DNA of 64,000 nt, from the NCBI RefSeq assembly GCF_009914755.1, contig NC_060946.1, one strand, 5' to 3'. Numbering within the stretch: position 1 is the stretch's first letter; each line of letters begins with the position of its first letter. Below are positions 15,985 through 35,334 of this stretch, piece after piece. Under the pieces are notes generated by a model. That model was not told the DNA's origin, ran no database searches, and saw nothing but the letters and a program-made list of their open reading frames with translations. This DNA is from the human T2T-CHM13v2.0 reference genome, Homo sapiens. The translations under genes and the position numbers were made by a program.

Positions 15985-18110
15985 TTATATATGGTATATA
16001 CTATATGTTATGGAATATGCTTTATATGTAATATATAACCTCATATATATTATATGTCATAATACATAATATTTATCCTATGTCATCTTATATATATTAT
16101 GTATATTACGTAACGTATATAATATATAATACATATTATGCATCTTAAATATGAAAATATATAATTATTGATAACATAACATATAGTTATATATAATATG
16201 ATATATAACGTATATACTATATCATATGTGATATATAATATATATATTTTTATTACATATTATAATTTATATATATTATAATTTATATAAAGATATAATT
16301 ATTTATGTAATATAAATATATATAATTATATAATGAGGTATAATATAAATAATAATACATACGATTACATATTTATGTAGTTATCTGTATAAAAATATAA
16401 TTATATATATAATTATATATATCATATCATAGACAACATACATATTATATAATGTATAATATATATTATACAATATATGATACATATATGATATTTAATA
16501 TATCATAATAGAATATATATTTTAATATTATGTATGTAACATATATTATGTGATATATAATATATATTATGTAATATAAAATAATATAATATAATATATA
16601 TTATATTATGATATATTATGTAAAGTAAGTAATAAAATTACATATAACATAATATATAGTTATGTATAATATAACGTATAATTATATACGTTATATTTTA
16701 TATGTACATATAATATTATACAGTTATATATAATTTTGAATAGTTACATATAATGTAATATAAAACATATATAATATATATCATAAAATATATATTTTAT
16801 ACCATATATAATATTTATCATATATTGTGTGTTATATGTCATGTATTTTATATCATATATCGTATGTTATATGTTATATATATCACATTCCACACATTGT
16901 GTATTATAAATTATATATAATATATGACATACATTACATTATATTTGATAAATTATACATTATATGTAACATAGTATATATTATATGTAACATGTATATT
17001 CTATGGAAAATATATAATATATAACATATATTACATATAATTAATGACATAGACATATAATATATATTTAATATATGTATTATACATACAACATATTGTA
17101 TATAATATATAACATATATTACATAAAAGTCATAAAATATAATATATATTGTATGTCATATTTTACATTTACAGTTATATATTATTATATGTTATTTTAT
17201 CTCATATATAACATAGAAACAATATATATTATATATAATGTATATTATATATAACATAGATATAATAGATATAATATATGTAATGTATATTATATATCTA
17301 ATACGTATATTAACCATATAATATATTCTATATATGAAATATAATATACCTTTTATATGTCATAAAATATAACGTATATTATGTGTCATATTGTATAAAT
17401 ATAATGCTTATCTATTATCAATTATTATATGACATAAAATATATATAATATAAGACGCAGGATGTAAAACAATATTATATATATGTTATATGTATTATAT
17501 ATACGATACTATATATTATTATATACATAATGTATATTTATATTTGTGGGTGCCCTATTCCCCATCTGATAACTTGTTGTAAGAAGCGCAGCGTAATAAT
17601 GTGTGGGCTTGGGATTCTGTTTTTGAAACAAAACACTGAGCCTTCAATGACTTTTCGGTCTCTGTAAAAGCACTCCTGTCTTCCTGGCAGCTGTTGGACC
17701 TCACAATGTGGATTGTGCCCTCACCCTGCAATATTGATGCCCTATCGCCATGGTGACGGGATTAGGGATCTCCTGCTCTTGGTCCTAAGGGCCACTGTCT
17801 GTGCTGTGTTTTCCAAAGGTCAGAACAGATTGAACCTTTGTGGTTTTATTTTCCCTGAGTTTGATTTTTCTCATGGGGAACCTGTGTTGCTGCTTTGAAC
17901 GTATATTCATACTGGCCTTTCAAATGCCAACTCTTCATATTACTAGTTAATGCTTTCAAAATATGTTATTTAAAAAATGATCCTCAGTATTGTCCATATG
18001 CAGTTATAAATACGTTTCATGGTTATGTTTTATTCCTCAGTTTACATATTTGATTATTGTACCAAGCAGAGTACCTTTGAAATGTTTTTCCATTTAAAAA
18101 ATATGAATCT

Positions 18111-18402
<292 letters not shown>

Positions 18403-20527
18403 TTATATATGGTATATACTATATGTTATGGAATATGCTTTATATGTAATATATAACCTCATATATATTATATGTCATAATACATAATATTTATCCTATG
18501 TCATCTTATATATATTATGTATATTACGTAACGTATATAATATATAATACATATTATGCATCTTAAATATGAAAATATATAATTATTGATAACATAACAT
18601 ATAGTTATATATAATATGATATATAACGTATATACTATATCATATGTGATATATAATATATATATTTTTATTACATATTATAATTTATATATATTATAAT
18701 TTATATAAAGATATAATTATTTATGTAATATAAATATATATAATTATATAATGAGGTATAATATAAATAATAATACATACGATTACATATTTATGTAGTT
18801 ATCTGTATAAAAATATAATTATATATATAATTATATATATCATATCATAGACAACATACATATTATATAATGTATAATATATATTATACAATATATGATA
18901 CATATATGATATTTAATATATCATAATAGAATATATATTTTAATATTATGTATGTAACATATATTATGTGATATATAATATATATTATGTAATATAAAAT
19001 AATATAATATAATATATATTATATTATGATATATTATGTAAAGTAAGTAATAAAATTACATATAACATAATATATAGTTATGTATAATATAACGTATAAT
19101 TATATACGTTATATTTTATATGTACATATAATATTATACAGTTATATATAATTTTGAATAGTTACATATAATGTAATATAAAACATATATAATATATATC
19201 ATAAAATATATATTTTATACCATATATAATATTTATCATATATTGTGTGTTATATGTCATGTATTGTATATCATATATCGTATGTTACATGTTATATATA
19301 TCACATTCCACATATTGTGTATTATAAATTATATATAATATATGACATACATTACATTATATTTGATAAATTATACATTATATGTAACATAGTATATATT
19401 ATATGTAACATGTATATTCTATGGAAAATATATAATATATAACATATATTACATATAATTAATGACATAGACATATAATATATATTTAATATATGTATTA
19501 TACATACAACATATTGTATATAATATATAACATATATTACATAAAAGTCATAAAATATAATATATATTGTATGTCATATTTTACATTTACAGTTATATAT
19601 TATTATATGTTATTTTATCTCATATATAACATAGAAACAATATATATTATATATAATGTATATTATATATAACATAGATATAATAGATATAATATATGTA
19701 ATGTATATTATATATTTAATACGTATATTAACCATATAATATATTCTATATATGAAATATAATATATCTTATATATGTCATAAAATATAACGTATATTAT
19801 GTGTCATATTGTATAAATATAATGCTTATCTATTATCAATTATTATATGACATATAATATATATAATATAAGACGCAGGATGTAAAACAATATTATATAT
19901 ATGTTATATGTATTATATATACGATACTATATATTATTATATACATAATGTATATTTATATTTGTGGGTGCCCTATTCCCCATCTGATAACTTGTTGTAA
20001 GAAGCGCAGCGTAATAATGTGTGGGCTTGGGATTCTGTTTTTGAAACAAAACACTGAGCCTTCAATGACCTTTCGGTCTCTGTAAAAGCACTCCTGTCTT
20101 CCTGGCAGCTGTTGGACCTCACAATGTGGATTGTGCCCTCACCCTGCAATGTTGATGCCCTATCGCCATGGTGACGGGATTAGGGATCTCCTGCTCTTGG
20201 TCCTAAGGGCCACTGTCTGTGCTGTGTTTTCCAAAGGTCAGAACAGATTGAACCTTTGTGGTTTTATTTTCCCTGAGTTTGATTTTTCTCATGGGGAACC
20301 TGTGTTGCTGCTTTGAACGTATATTCATACTGGCCTTTCAAATGCCAACTCTTCATATTACTAGTTAATGCTTCAAAATATGTTATTTAAAAAATGATCC
20401 TCAGTATTGTCCATATGCAGTTATGAATACGTTTCATGGTTATGTTTTATTCCTCAGTTTACATATTTGATTATTGTACCAAGCAGAGTACCTTTGAAAT
20501 GTTTTTCCATTTAAAAAATATGAATCT

Positions 20528-20819
<292 letters not shown>

Positions 20820-22949
20820 TTATATATGGTATATACTATATGTTATGGAATATGCTTTATATGTAATATATAACCTCATATATATTATATGTCATAATAC
20901 ATAATATTTATCCCATGTCATCTTATATATATTATGTATATTACATAACGTATATAATATATAATACATATTATGCATGTTAAATATGAAAATATGTAAT
21001 TATTGATAACATAACATATAGTTATATATAATATGATATATAACGTATATACTATATCATATGTGATATATAATATATATATTTTTATTACATATTATAA
21101 TTTATTTATATTATAATTTATATAAAGATATAATTATTTATGTAATATAAATAATTATTTATAATTATATAATGAGGTATAATATAAATAATAATATATA
21201 CGATTACATATTTATGTAGTTATCTGTATAAAAATATAATTATATATATAATTATATATATCATATAATAGACAACATACATATTATATAATGTATAATA
21301 TATATTATACAATATATGATACATATATGATATTTAATATATCATAATAGAATATATAGTTTAATATTATGTATGTAACATATATTATGTGATATATAAT
21401 ATATATTATGTAATATAAAATAATATAATATAATATATATTATATTATGGTATATTATGTAAAGTAAGTAATAAAATTACATATAACATAATATATAGTT
21501 ATGTATAATATAACGTATAATTATATACGTTATATTTTATATGTACATATAATATTATACAGTTATATATAATTTTGAATAGTTACATATAATGTAATAT
21601 AAAACATATATAATATATATCATAAAATATATATTTTATACCATATATAATATGTATCATATATTGTGTGTTATATGTCATATATTGTATATCATATATC
21701 GTATGTTATATGTTATATATATCACATTCCACATATTGTGTATTATAAATTATATATAATATATGACATACATTACATTATATTTGATAAATTATACATT
21801 ATATGTAACATAGTATATATTATATGTAACATGTATATTCTATGGAAAATATATAATATATAACATATATTACATATAATTAATGACATAGACATATAAT
21901 ATATATTTAATATATGTATTATACATACAACATATTGTATATAATATATAACATATATTACATAAAAGTCATAAAATATAATATATATTGTATGTCATAT
22001 TTTACATTTACAGTTATATATTATTATATGTTATTTTATCTCATATATAACATAGAAACAATATATATTATATATAATGTATATTATATATAACATAGAT
22101 ATAATAGATACAATATATGTAATGTATATTATATATTTAATACGTATATTAACCATATAATATATTCTATATATAAAATATAATATATCTTATATATGTC
22201 ATAAAATATAACTTATATTATGTGTCATATTGTATAAATATAATGCTTATCTATTATCAATTATTATATGACATATAAAATATATAATATAAGACGCAGG
22301 ATGTAAAACAATATTATATATATGTTATATGTATTATATATACGATACTATATATTATTATATACATAATGTATATTTATATTTGTGGGTGCCCTATTCC
22401 CCATCTGATAACTTGTTGTAAGAAGCGCAGCGTAATAATGTGTGGGCTTGGGATTCTGTTTTTGAAACAAAACACTGAGCCTTCAATGACCTTTCGGTCT
22501 CTGTAAAAGCACTCCTGTCTTCCTGGCAGCTGTTGGACCTCACAATGTGGATTGTGCCCTCACCCTGCAATGTTGATGCCCTATCGCCATGGTGACGGGA
22601 TTAGGGATCTCCTGCTCTTGGTCCTAAGGGCCACTGTCTGTGCTGTGTTTTCCAAAGGTCAGAACAGATTGAACCTTTGTGGTTTTATTTTCCCTGAGTT
22701 TGATTTTTCTCATGGGGAACCTGTGTTGCTGCTTTGAACGTATATTCATACTGGCCTTTCAAATGCCAACTCTTCATATTACTAGTTAATGCTTTCAAAA
22801 TATGTTATTTAAAAAATGATCCTCAGTATTGTCCATATGCAGTTATGAATACGTTTCATGGTTATGTTTTATTCCTCAGTTTACATATTTGATTATTGTA
22901 CCAAGCAGAGTACCTTTGAAATGTTTTTCCATTTAAAAAATATGAATCT

Positions 22950-23241
<292 letters not shown>

Positions 23242-25367
23242 TTATATATGGTATATACTATATGTTATGGAATATGCTTTATATGTAATATATAACCTCA
23301 TATATATTATATGTCATAATACATAATATTTATCCTATGTCATCTTATATATATTATGTATATTACATAACGTATATAATATATAATACATATTATGCAT
23401 CTTAAATATGAAAATATATAATTATTGATAACATAACATATAGTTATATATAATATGATATATAACGTATATACTATATCAGATGTGATATAAAATATAT
23501 ATATTTTTATTACATATTATAATTTATATATATTATAATTTATATAAAGATATAATTATTTATGTAATATAAATATATATAATTATATAATGAGGTATAA
23601 TATAAATAATAATATATACGATTACATATTTATGTAGTTATCTGTATAAAAATATAATTATATATTTAATTATATATATCATATAATAGACAACATACAT
23701 ATTATATAATGTATAATATATATTATACAATATATGATACATATATGATATTTAATATATCATAATAGAATATATATTTTAATATTATGTATGTAACATA
23801 TATTATGTGATATATAATATATATTATGTAATATAAAATAATATAATATAATATATATTATATTATGATATATTATGTAAAGTAAGTAATAAAATTACAT
23901 ATAACATAATACATAGTTATGTATAATATAACGTAAAATTATATACGTAATTTTTTATATGTACATATAATATTATACAGTTATATATAATTTTGAATAG
24001 TTACATATAATGTAATATAAAACATATATAATATATATCATAAAATATATATTTTATACCATATATAATATGTATCATATATTGTGTGTTATATGTCATA
24101 TATTGTATATCATATATCGTATGTTATATGTTATATATATCACATTCCACATATTGTGTATTATAAATTATATATAATATATGACATACATTACATTATA
24201 TTTGATAAATTATATATCATATGTAACATAGTATATATTATATGTAACATGTATATTCTATGGAAAATATATAATATATAACATATATTACATATAATTA
24301 ATGACATAGACATATAATATATATTTAATATATGTATTATACATACAACATATTGTATATAATATATAACATATATTACATAAAAGTCATAAAATATAAT
24401 ATATATTGTATGTCATATTTTACATTTACAGTTATATATTATTATATGTTATTTTATCTCATATATAACATAGAAACAATATATATTTTATATAATGTAT
24501 ATTATATATAACATAGATATAATAGATATAATATATGTAATGTATATTATATATTTAATACGTATATTAACCATATAATATATTCTATATATGAAATATA
24601 ATATATCTTATATATGTCATAAAATATAACGTATATTATGTGTCTTATTGTATAAATATAATGCTTATCTATTATCAATTATTATATGACATATAATATA
24701 TATAATATAAGACGCAGGATGTAAAACAATATTATATATATGTTATATGTATTATATATACGATACTATATATTATTATATACATAATGTATATTTATAT
24801 TTGTGGGTGCCCTATTCCCCATCTGATAACTTGTTGTAAGAAGCGCAGCGTAATAATGTGTGGGCTTGGGATTCTGTTTTTGAAACAAAACACTGAGCCT
24901 TCAATGACCTTTCGGTCTCTGTAAAAGCACTCCTGTCTTCCTGGCAGCTGTTGGACCTCACAATGTGGATTGTGCCCTCACCCTGCAATGTTGATGCCCT
25001 ATCGCCATGGTGACGGGATTAGGGATCTCCTGCTCTTGGTCCTAAGGGCCACTGTCTGTGCTGTGTTTTCCAAAGGTCAGAACAGATTGAACCTTTGTGG
25101 TTTTATTTTCCCTGAGTTTGATTTTTCTCATGGGGAACCTGTGTTGCTGCTTTGAACGTATATTCATACTGGCCTTTCAAATGCCAACTCTTCATATTAC
25201 TAGTTAATGCTTTCAAAATATGTTATTTAAAAAATGATCCTCAGTATTGTCCATATGCAGTTATGAATACGTTTCATGGTTATGTTTTATTCCTCAGTTT
25301 ACATATTTGATTATTGTACCAAGCAGAGTACCTTTGAAATGTTTTTCCATTTAAAAAATATGAATCT

Positions 25368-25659
<292 letters not shown>

Positions 25660-27785
25660 TTATATATGGTATATACTATATGTTATGGAATATGCTTTAT
25701 ATGTAATATATAACCTCATATATATTATATGTCATAATACATAATATTTATCCTATGTCATCTTATATATATTATGTATATTACATAACGTATATAATAT
25801 ATAATACATATTATGCATCTTATATATGAAAATATATAATTATTGATAACATAACATATAGTTATATATAATATGATATATAACGTATATACTATATCAT
25901 ATGTGATATATAATATATATATTTTTATTACATATTATAATTTATATATATTATAATTTATATAAAGATATAATTATTTATGTAATATAAATATATATAA
26001 TTATATAATGAGGTATAATATAAATAATAATACATACGGTTACATATTTATGTAGTTATCTGTATAAAAATATAATTATATATATAATTATATATATCAT
26101 ATCATAGACAACATACATATTATATAATGTATAATATATATTATACAATATATGATACATATATGATATTTAATATATCATAATAGAATATATATTTTAA
26201 TATTATGTATGTAACATATATTATGTGATATATAATATATATTATGTAATATAAAATAATATAATATAATATATATTATATTATGATATATTTTGTAAAG
26301 TAAGTAATAAAATTACATATAACAAAATATATAGTTATGTATAATATAACGTATAATTATATACGTTATATTTTATATGTACATATAATATTATACAGTT
26401 ATATATAATTTTGAATAGTTACATATAATGTAATATAAAACATATATAATATATATCATAAAATATATATTTTATACCATATATAATATGTATCATATAT
26501 TGTGTGTTATATGTCATCTATTGTATATCATATATCATATGTTATATGTTATATATATCACATTCCAAATATTGTGTATTATAAATTATATATAATATAT
26601 GACATACATTACATTATATTTGATAAATTATACATTATATGTAACATGGTATATATTATATGTAACATGTATATTCTATGGAAAATATATAATATATAAC
26701 ATATATTACATATAATTAATAACATAGACATATAATATATATTTAATATATGTATTACACATACAACATATTGTATATAATATATAATATATATTACATA
26801 AAAGTCATAAAATATAATATACATTGTATGTCATATTTTACATTTACAGTTATATATTATTATCTGTTATTTTATCTCATATATAGCATAGAAAAAATAT
26901 ATATTATATATAATGTATATTATATATAACATAGATATAATAGATATAAAATATGTAATGTATATTATATATTTATTACGTATATTAAAAATATAATATA
27001 TTCTATATATGAAATATAATATATCTTATATATGTCGTAAAATATAACATACATTATGTGTCATATTGTATAAATAAAATGCTTATCTATTATCAATTAT
27101 TATATGACATATAATATATATAATATAAGACGCAGGATGTAAAACAATATTATATATATGTTATATGTATTCTATATACGATACTATATATTTTTATATA
27201 CATAATGTATATTTATATTTGTGGGTGCCCTATTCCCCATCTGATAACTTGTTGTAAGAAGCGCAGCGTAATAATGTGTGGGCTTGGGATTCTGTTTTTG
27301 AAACAAAACACTGAGCCTTCAATGACCTTTCGGTCTCTGTAAAAGCACTCCTGTCTTCCTGGCAGCTGTTGGACCTCACAATGTGGATTGTGCCCTCACC
27401 CTGCAATGTTGATGCCCTATCGCCATGGTGACGGGATTAGGGATCTCCTGCTCTTGGTCCTAAGGACCACTGTCTGTGCTGTGTTTTCCAAAGGTCAGAA
27501 CAGATTGAACCTTTGTGGTTTTATTTTCCCTGAGTTTGATTTTTCTCATGGGGAACCTGTGTTGCTGCTTTGAACGTAGATTCATACTGGCCTTTCAAAT
27601 GCCAACTCTTCATATTACTAGTTAATGCTTTCAAAATATGTTATTTAAAAAATTATCCTCTGTATTTTTCATATGCATTCATAAATACGTTTCTTGGTTA
27701 TGTTTTATTCCTCGGTTTGCATATTTGATTATTGTACCAAGCAGAGTACCTTTGAAATGTTTTTCCAGTTAAAAAATATGAATCT

Positions 27786-28077
<292 letters not shown>

Positions 28078-30205
28078 TTATATATGGTATATGCTATATG
28101 TTATGGAATATGCTTTATATGTAATATATAACCTCATATATATTATATGTCATAATACATAATATTTATCCTATGTCATCTTATATATATTATTTATAAT
28201 ACATAACGTATATAATATATAATACATATTATGCATCATATATATGAAAATATATAATTATAGATAACATAACATATAGTAATATATAATATGATATATA
28301 ACATATATACTATATCATAAGTGATATATAATATATATACTTTATTACATATTATAATTTATATATATTATAATTTATATAAAGTTATAATTATTTATGT
28401 AATATAAATAATTATATATAATTATATAATGAGTTATAATATAAATAATAATATATAGGATTACATATTTATGTAGTTATCTGTATAAAAATATAATTAT
28501 ATATATAATTATATATATCATATATTAGACAACATACATATTATATAATGTATAATATATATTATACAATATATGATACATATATGATATGTGATATATC
28601 ATAATAGAATATATATTTTAATATTATGTATGTAACCTATATTATGTGATATATAATATATATTATGTAATATAAAATAATATAATATAATATATATTAT
28701 ATTATGATATATTATGTAAAGTATGTAATAAAATTGTATATAACATAATATATATTTATGTGTAATATAACATATAATTATATACATTATATTATATATG
28801 TACATATAATATTATACAGTTATATGTAATTTTTAATAGTTACATATAATGTAATATAAAACATATATAATATATATCATAAAATATATATTGTATACCA
28901 TATATAATATGTATCATATATTGTGTGTTATATGTCATATATTTTATATCATATATCATATGTTATATGTTATATATATCACATTCCAAATATTGTGTAT
29001 TATAAATTATATATAATATATGACATACATTACATTATATTTGATAAATTATACATTATATGTAACATGGTATATATTATATGTAACATGTATATTCTAT
29101 GGAAAATATATAATATATAACATATATTACATATAATTAATAACATAGACATATAATATATATTTAATATATGTATTATACATACAACATATTGTATATA
29201 ATATATAATATATATTACATAAAAGTCATAAAATATAATATATATTGTATGTCATATTTTACATTTACAGTTATATATTATTATATGGTATTTTATCTCA
29301 TATATAACATAGAAACAATATCTATTATATATAATGTATATTATATATAACATAGATATAATAGATACAATATATGTAATGTATATTATATATTTAATAC
29401 GTATATTAACCATATAATATATTCTATATATGAAATATAATATATCTTATATATGTCATAAAATATAACCTTTATTATGTGTCATATTGTATAAATAGAA
29501 TGCTTATCTATTATCAATTATTATATGACATATAATATATATAATATAAGACGCAGGATGTAAAACAATATTATATATATGTTATATGTATTCTATATAC
29601 GATACTATATATTTTTATATACATAATGTATATTTATATTTGTGGGTGCCCTATTCCCCATCTGATAACTTGTTGTAAGAAGCGCAGCGTAATAATGTGT
29701 GGGCTTGGGATTCTGTTTTTGAAACAAAACACTGAGCCTTCAATGACCTTTCGGTCTCTGTAAAAGCACTCCTGTCTTCCTGGCAGCTGTTGGACCTCAC
29801 AATGTGGATTGTGCCCTCACCCTGCAATGTTGATGCCCTATCGCCATGGTGACGGGATTAGGGATCTCCTGCTCTTGGTCCTAAGGGCCACTGTCTGTGC
29901 TGTGTTTTCCAAAGGTCAGAACAGATTGAACCTTTGTGGTTTTATTTTCCCTGAGTTTGATTTTTCTCATGGGGAACCTGTGTTGCTGCTTTGAACGTAT
30001 ATTCATACTGGCCTTTCAAATGCCAACTCTTCATATTACTAGTTAATGCTTTCAAAATATGTTATTTAAAAAATGATCCTCAGTATTGTCCATATGCAGT
30101 TATGAATACGTTTCATGGTTATGTTTTATCCTCAGTTTACATATTTGATTATTGTACCAAGCAGAGTACCTTTGAAATGTTTTTCCATTTAAAAAATATG
30201 AATCT

Positions 30206-30497
<292 letters not shown>

Positions 30498-32625
30498 TTA
30501 TATATGGTATACACTATATGTTATGGAATATGCTTTATATGTAATATATAACCTCATATATATTATATGTCATAATACATAATATTTATCCTATGTCATC
30601 TTATTTATTATGAATATTACATAACGTATATAATATATAATACATATTATGCATCTTAAATATGAAAATATATAATCATTGATAACATAACATATAGTTA
30701 TATATAATATGATATATAACGTATATACTATATCATATGTGATATATAATATATACATTTTTATTACATATTATAATTTATATATATTATAATTTATATA
30801 AAGATATAATTATTTACGTAATATAAATAATTATATATAATTATATAATGAGGTATAATATAAATAATAATATATACGATTACATATTTATGTAGTTATC
30901 GGTATAAAAATATAATTATATATATAATTATATATATCATATAATAGACAACATACATATTATATAATGTATAATATATATTATACAATATATGATACAT
31001 ATATGATATGTAATATATCATAATAGAATATACATTTTAATATTATGTATGTAAAATTTATTATGTGATATATAATATATATTATGTAATATAAAATAAT
31101 ATAATATAATATATATTATATTATGATATATTATGTCAAGTAAGTAATAAAATTATATATAACATAATATATAGTTATGTATAATATAACATATAATTAT
31201 GTACATTATATTTTATATGTACATATAATAATTTACAGTTATACATAATTTTGAATAGTTACATATAATTTAATATAAAACATATATAATATATATCATA
31301 AAATATATATATTATACCATATATAATATGTATCATATATTTTGTGTTATATGTCATATATCGAATATCATATGTCATATGTTATATGTTATATATATCA
31401 CATTCCACATATTGTGTATTATAAATTATATATAATATATGACATACATTACATTATATTTGATAAATTATACATTATATGTAACATAGTATATATTATA
31501 TGTAACATGTATATTCTATGGAAAATATATGATATATAACATATATTACATATAATTAATGACATAGACATATAATATATATTTAATATATGTATTATAC
31601 ATACAACATATTGTATATAATATATAACATATATTACATAAAAGTCATAAAATATAATATATATTGTATGTCATATTTTACATTTACAGTTATATATTAT
31701 TATATGTTATTTTATCTCATATATAACATAGAAACAATATATATTATATATAATGTATATTATATATAACATAGATATAATAGATATAATATATGTAATG
31801 TATATTATATATTTAATACGTATATTAACCATATAATATATTCTATATATGAAATATAATATATCTTATATATGTCATAAAATATAACGTATATTATGTG
31901 TCATATTGTATAAATATAATGCTTATCTATTATCAATTATTATATGACATATAATATATATATTATAAGACGCAGGATGTAAAACAATATTATATATATG
32001 TTATATGTATCATATATACGATACTATATATGATTATATACATAATGTATATTTATATTTGTGGGTGCCCTATTCCCCATCTGATAACTTGTTGTAAGAA
32101 GCGCAGCGTAATAATGTGTGTGCTTGGGATTCTGTTTTTGAAACAAAACACTGAGCCTTCAATGACCTTTCGGTCTCTGTAAAAGCACTCCTGTCTTCCT
32201 GGCAGCTGTTGGACCTCACAATGTGGATTGTGCCCTCACCCTGCAATGTTGATGCCCTATCGCCATGGTGACGGGATTAGGGATCTCCTGCTCTTGGTCC
32301 TAAGGGCCACTGTCTGTGCTGTGTTTTCCAAAGGTCAGAACAGATTGAACCTTTGTGGTTTTATTTTCCCTGAGTTTGATTTTTCTCATGGGGAACCTGT
32401 GTTGCTGCTTTGAACGTATATTCATACTGGCCTTTCAAATGCCAACTCTTCATATTACTAGTTAATGCTTTCAAAATATGTTATTTAAAAAATGATCCTC
32501 AGTATTGTCCATATGCAGTTATAAATACGTTTCATGGTTATGTTTTATTCCTCAGTTTACATATTTGATTATTGTACCAAGCAGAGTACCTTTGAAATGT
32601 TTTTCCATTTAAAAAATATGAATCT

Positions 32626-32917
<292 letters not shown>

Positions 32918-35042
32918 TTATATATGGTATATACTATATGTTATGGAATATGCTTTATATGTCATATATAACCTCATATATATTATATGTCATAATACAT
33001 AATATTTATCCTATGTCATCTTATATATATTATGTATATTACATAACGTATATAATATATAATACATATTATGCATCTTAAATATGAAAATATATAATTA
33101 TTGATAACATAACATATAGTTATATATAATATGATATATAACGTATATACTATATCATATGTGATATATAATATATATATTTTTATTACATATTATAATT
33201 TATATATATTATACTTTATATAAAGATATTATAATTTATGTAATATTAATAATTATATATAATCATATAATGAGGTGTAATATAAATAATAATCTATACG
33301 ATTACATATTTATGTAGTTATCTGTATAAAAATATAATTATATATATAATTATATATATCATATAATAGACAACATACATATTATATAATGTATAATATA
33401 TATTATACAATGTATGATACATATATGATATTTAATATATCATAATAGAATATATATTTTAATATTATGTATGTAACGTATATTATGTGATATATAATAT
33501 ATATTATGTAATATAAAATAATATAACATATATTATAATATGATATATTATGTAAAGTAAGTAATAAAATTATATATAACATAATATATACTTATGTATA
33601 ATATAACATATAATTATGTACATTATATTTTATATGTACATATAATATTATACAGTTATATATAATTTTGAATAGTTACATATAATGTAATATAAAACAT
33701 ATATAATATATATCATAAAATATATATATTATATCATATATAATATGTATCATATATTTTGTGTTATATGTCATATATCGTATATCATATATCATATGTT
33801 ATATGTTATATATATCACATTCCACATATTGTGTATTATAAATTATATATAATATATGACATACATTACATTATATTTGATAAATTATACATTATATGTA
33901 ACATAGTATATATTATATGTAACATGTATATTCTATGGAAAATATATGATATATAACATATATTACATATAATTAATGACATAGACATATAATATATATT
34001 TAATATATGTATTATACATACAACATATTGTATATAATATATAACATATATTACATAAAAGTCATAAAATATAATATATATTGTATGTCATATTTTACAT
34101 TTACAGTTATATATTATTATATGTTATTTTATCTCATATATAACATAGAAACAATATATATTATATATAATGTATATTATATATAACATAGATATAATAG
34201 ATATAATATATGTAATGTATATTATATATTTAATACGTATATTAACCATATAATATATTCTATATATGAAATATAATATATCTTATATATGTCATAAAAT
34301 ATAACGTATATTATGTGTCATATTGTATAAATAAAATGCTTATCTATTATCAATTATTATATGACATATAATATATATAATATAAGACGCAGGATGTAAA
34401 ACAATATTATATATATGTTATATGTATCATATATACGATACTATATATTATTATATACATAATGTATATTTATATTTGTGGGTGCCCTATTCCCCATCTG
34501 ATAACTTGTTGTAAGAAGCGCAGCGTAATAATGTGTGTGCTTGGGATTCTGGTTTTGAAACAAAACACTGAGCCTTCAATGACCTTTCGGTCTCTGTAAA
34601 AGCACTCCTGTCTTCCTGGCAGCTGTTGGACCTCACAATGTGGATTGTGCCCTCACCCTGCAATGTTGATGCCCTATCGCCATGGTGACGGGATTAGGGA
34701 TCTCCTGCTCTTGGTCCTAAGGGCCACTGTCTGTGCTGTGTTTTCCAAAGGTCAGAACAGATTGAACCTTTGTGGTTTTATTTTCCCTGAGTTTGATTTT
34801 TCTCATGGGGAACCTGTGTTGCTGCTTTGAACGTATATTCATACTGGCCTTTCAAATGCCAACTCTTCATATTACTAGTTAATGCTTTCAAAATATGTTA
34901 TTTAAAAAATGATCCTCAGTATTGTCCATATGCAGTTATAAATACGTTTCATGGTTATGTTTTATTCCTCAGTTTACATATTTGATTATTGTACCAAGCA
35001 GAGTACCTTTGAAATGTTTTTCCATTTAAAAAATATGAATCT

Positions 35043-35334
<292 letters not shown>

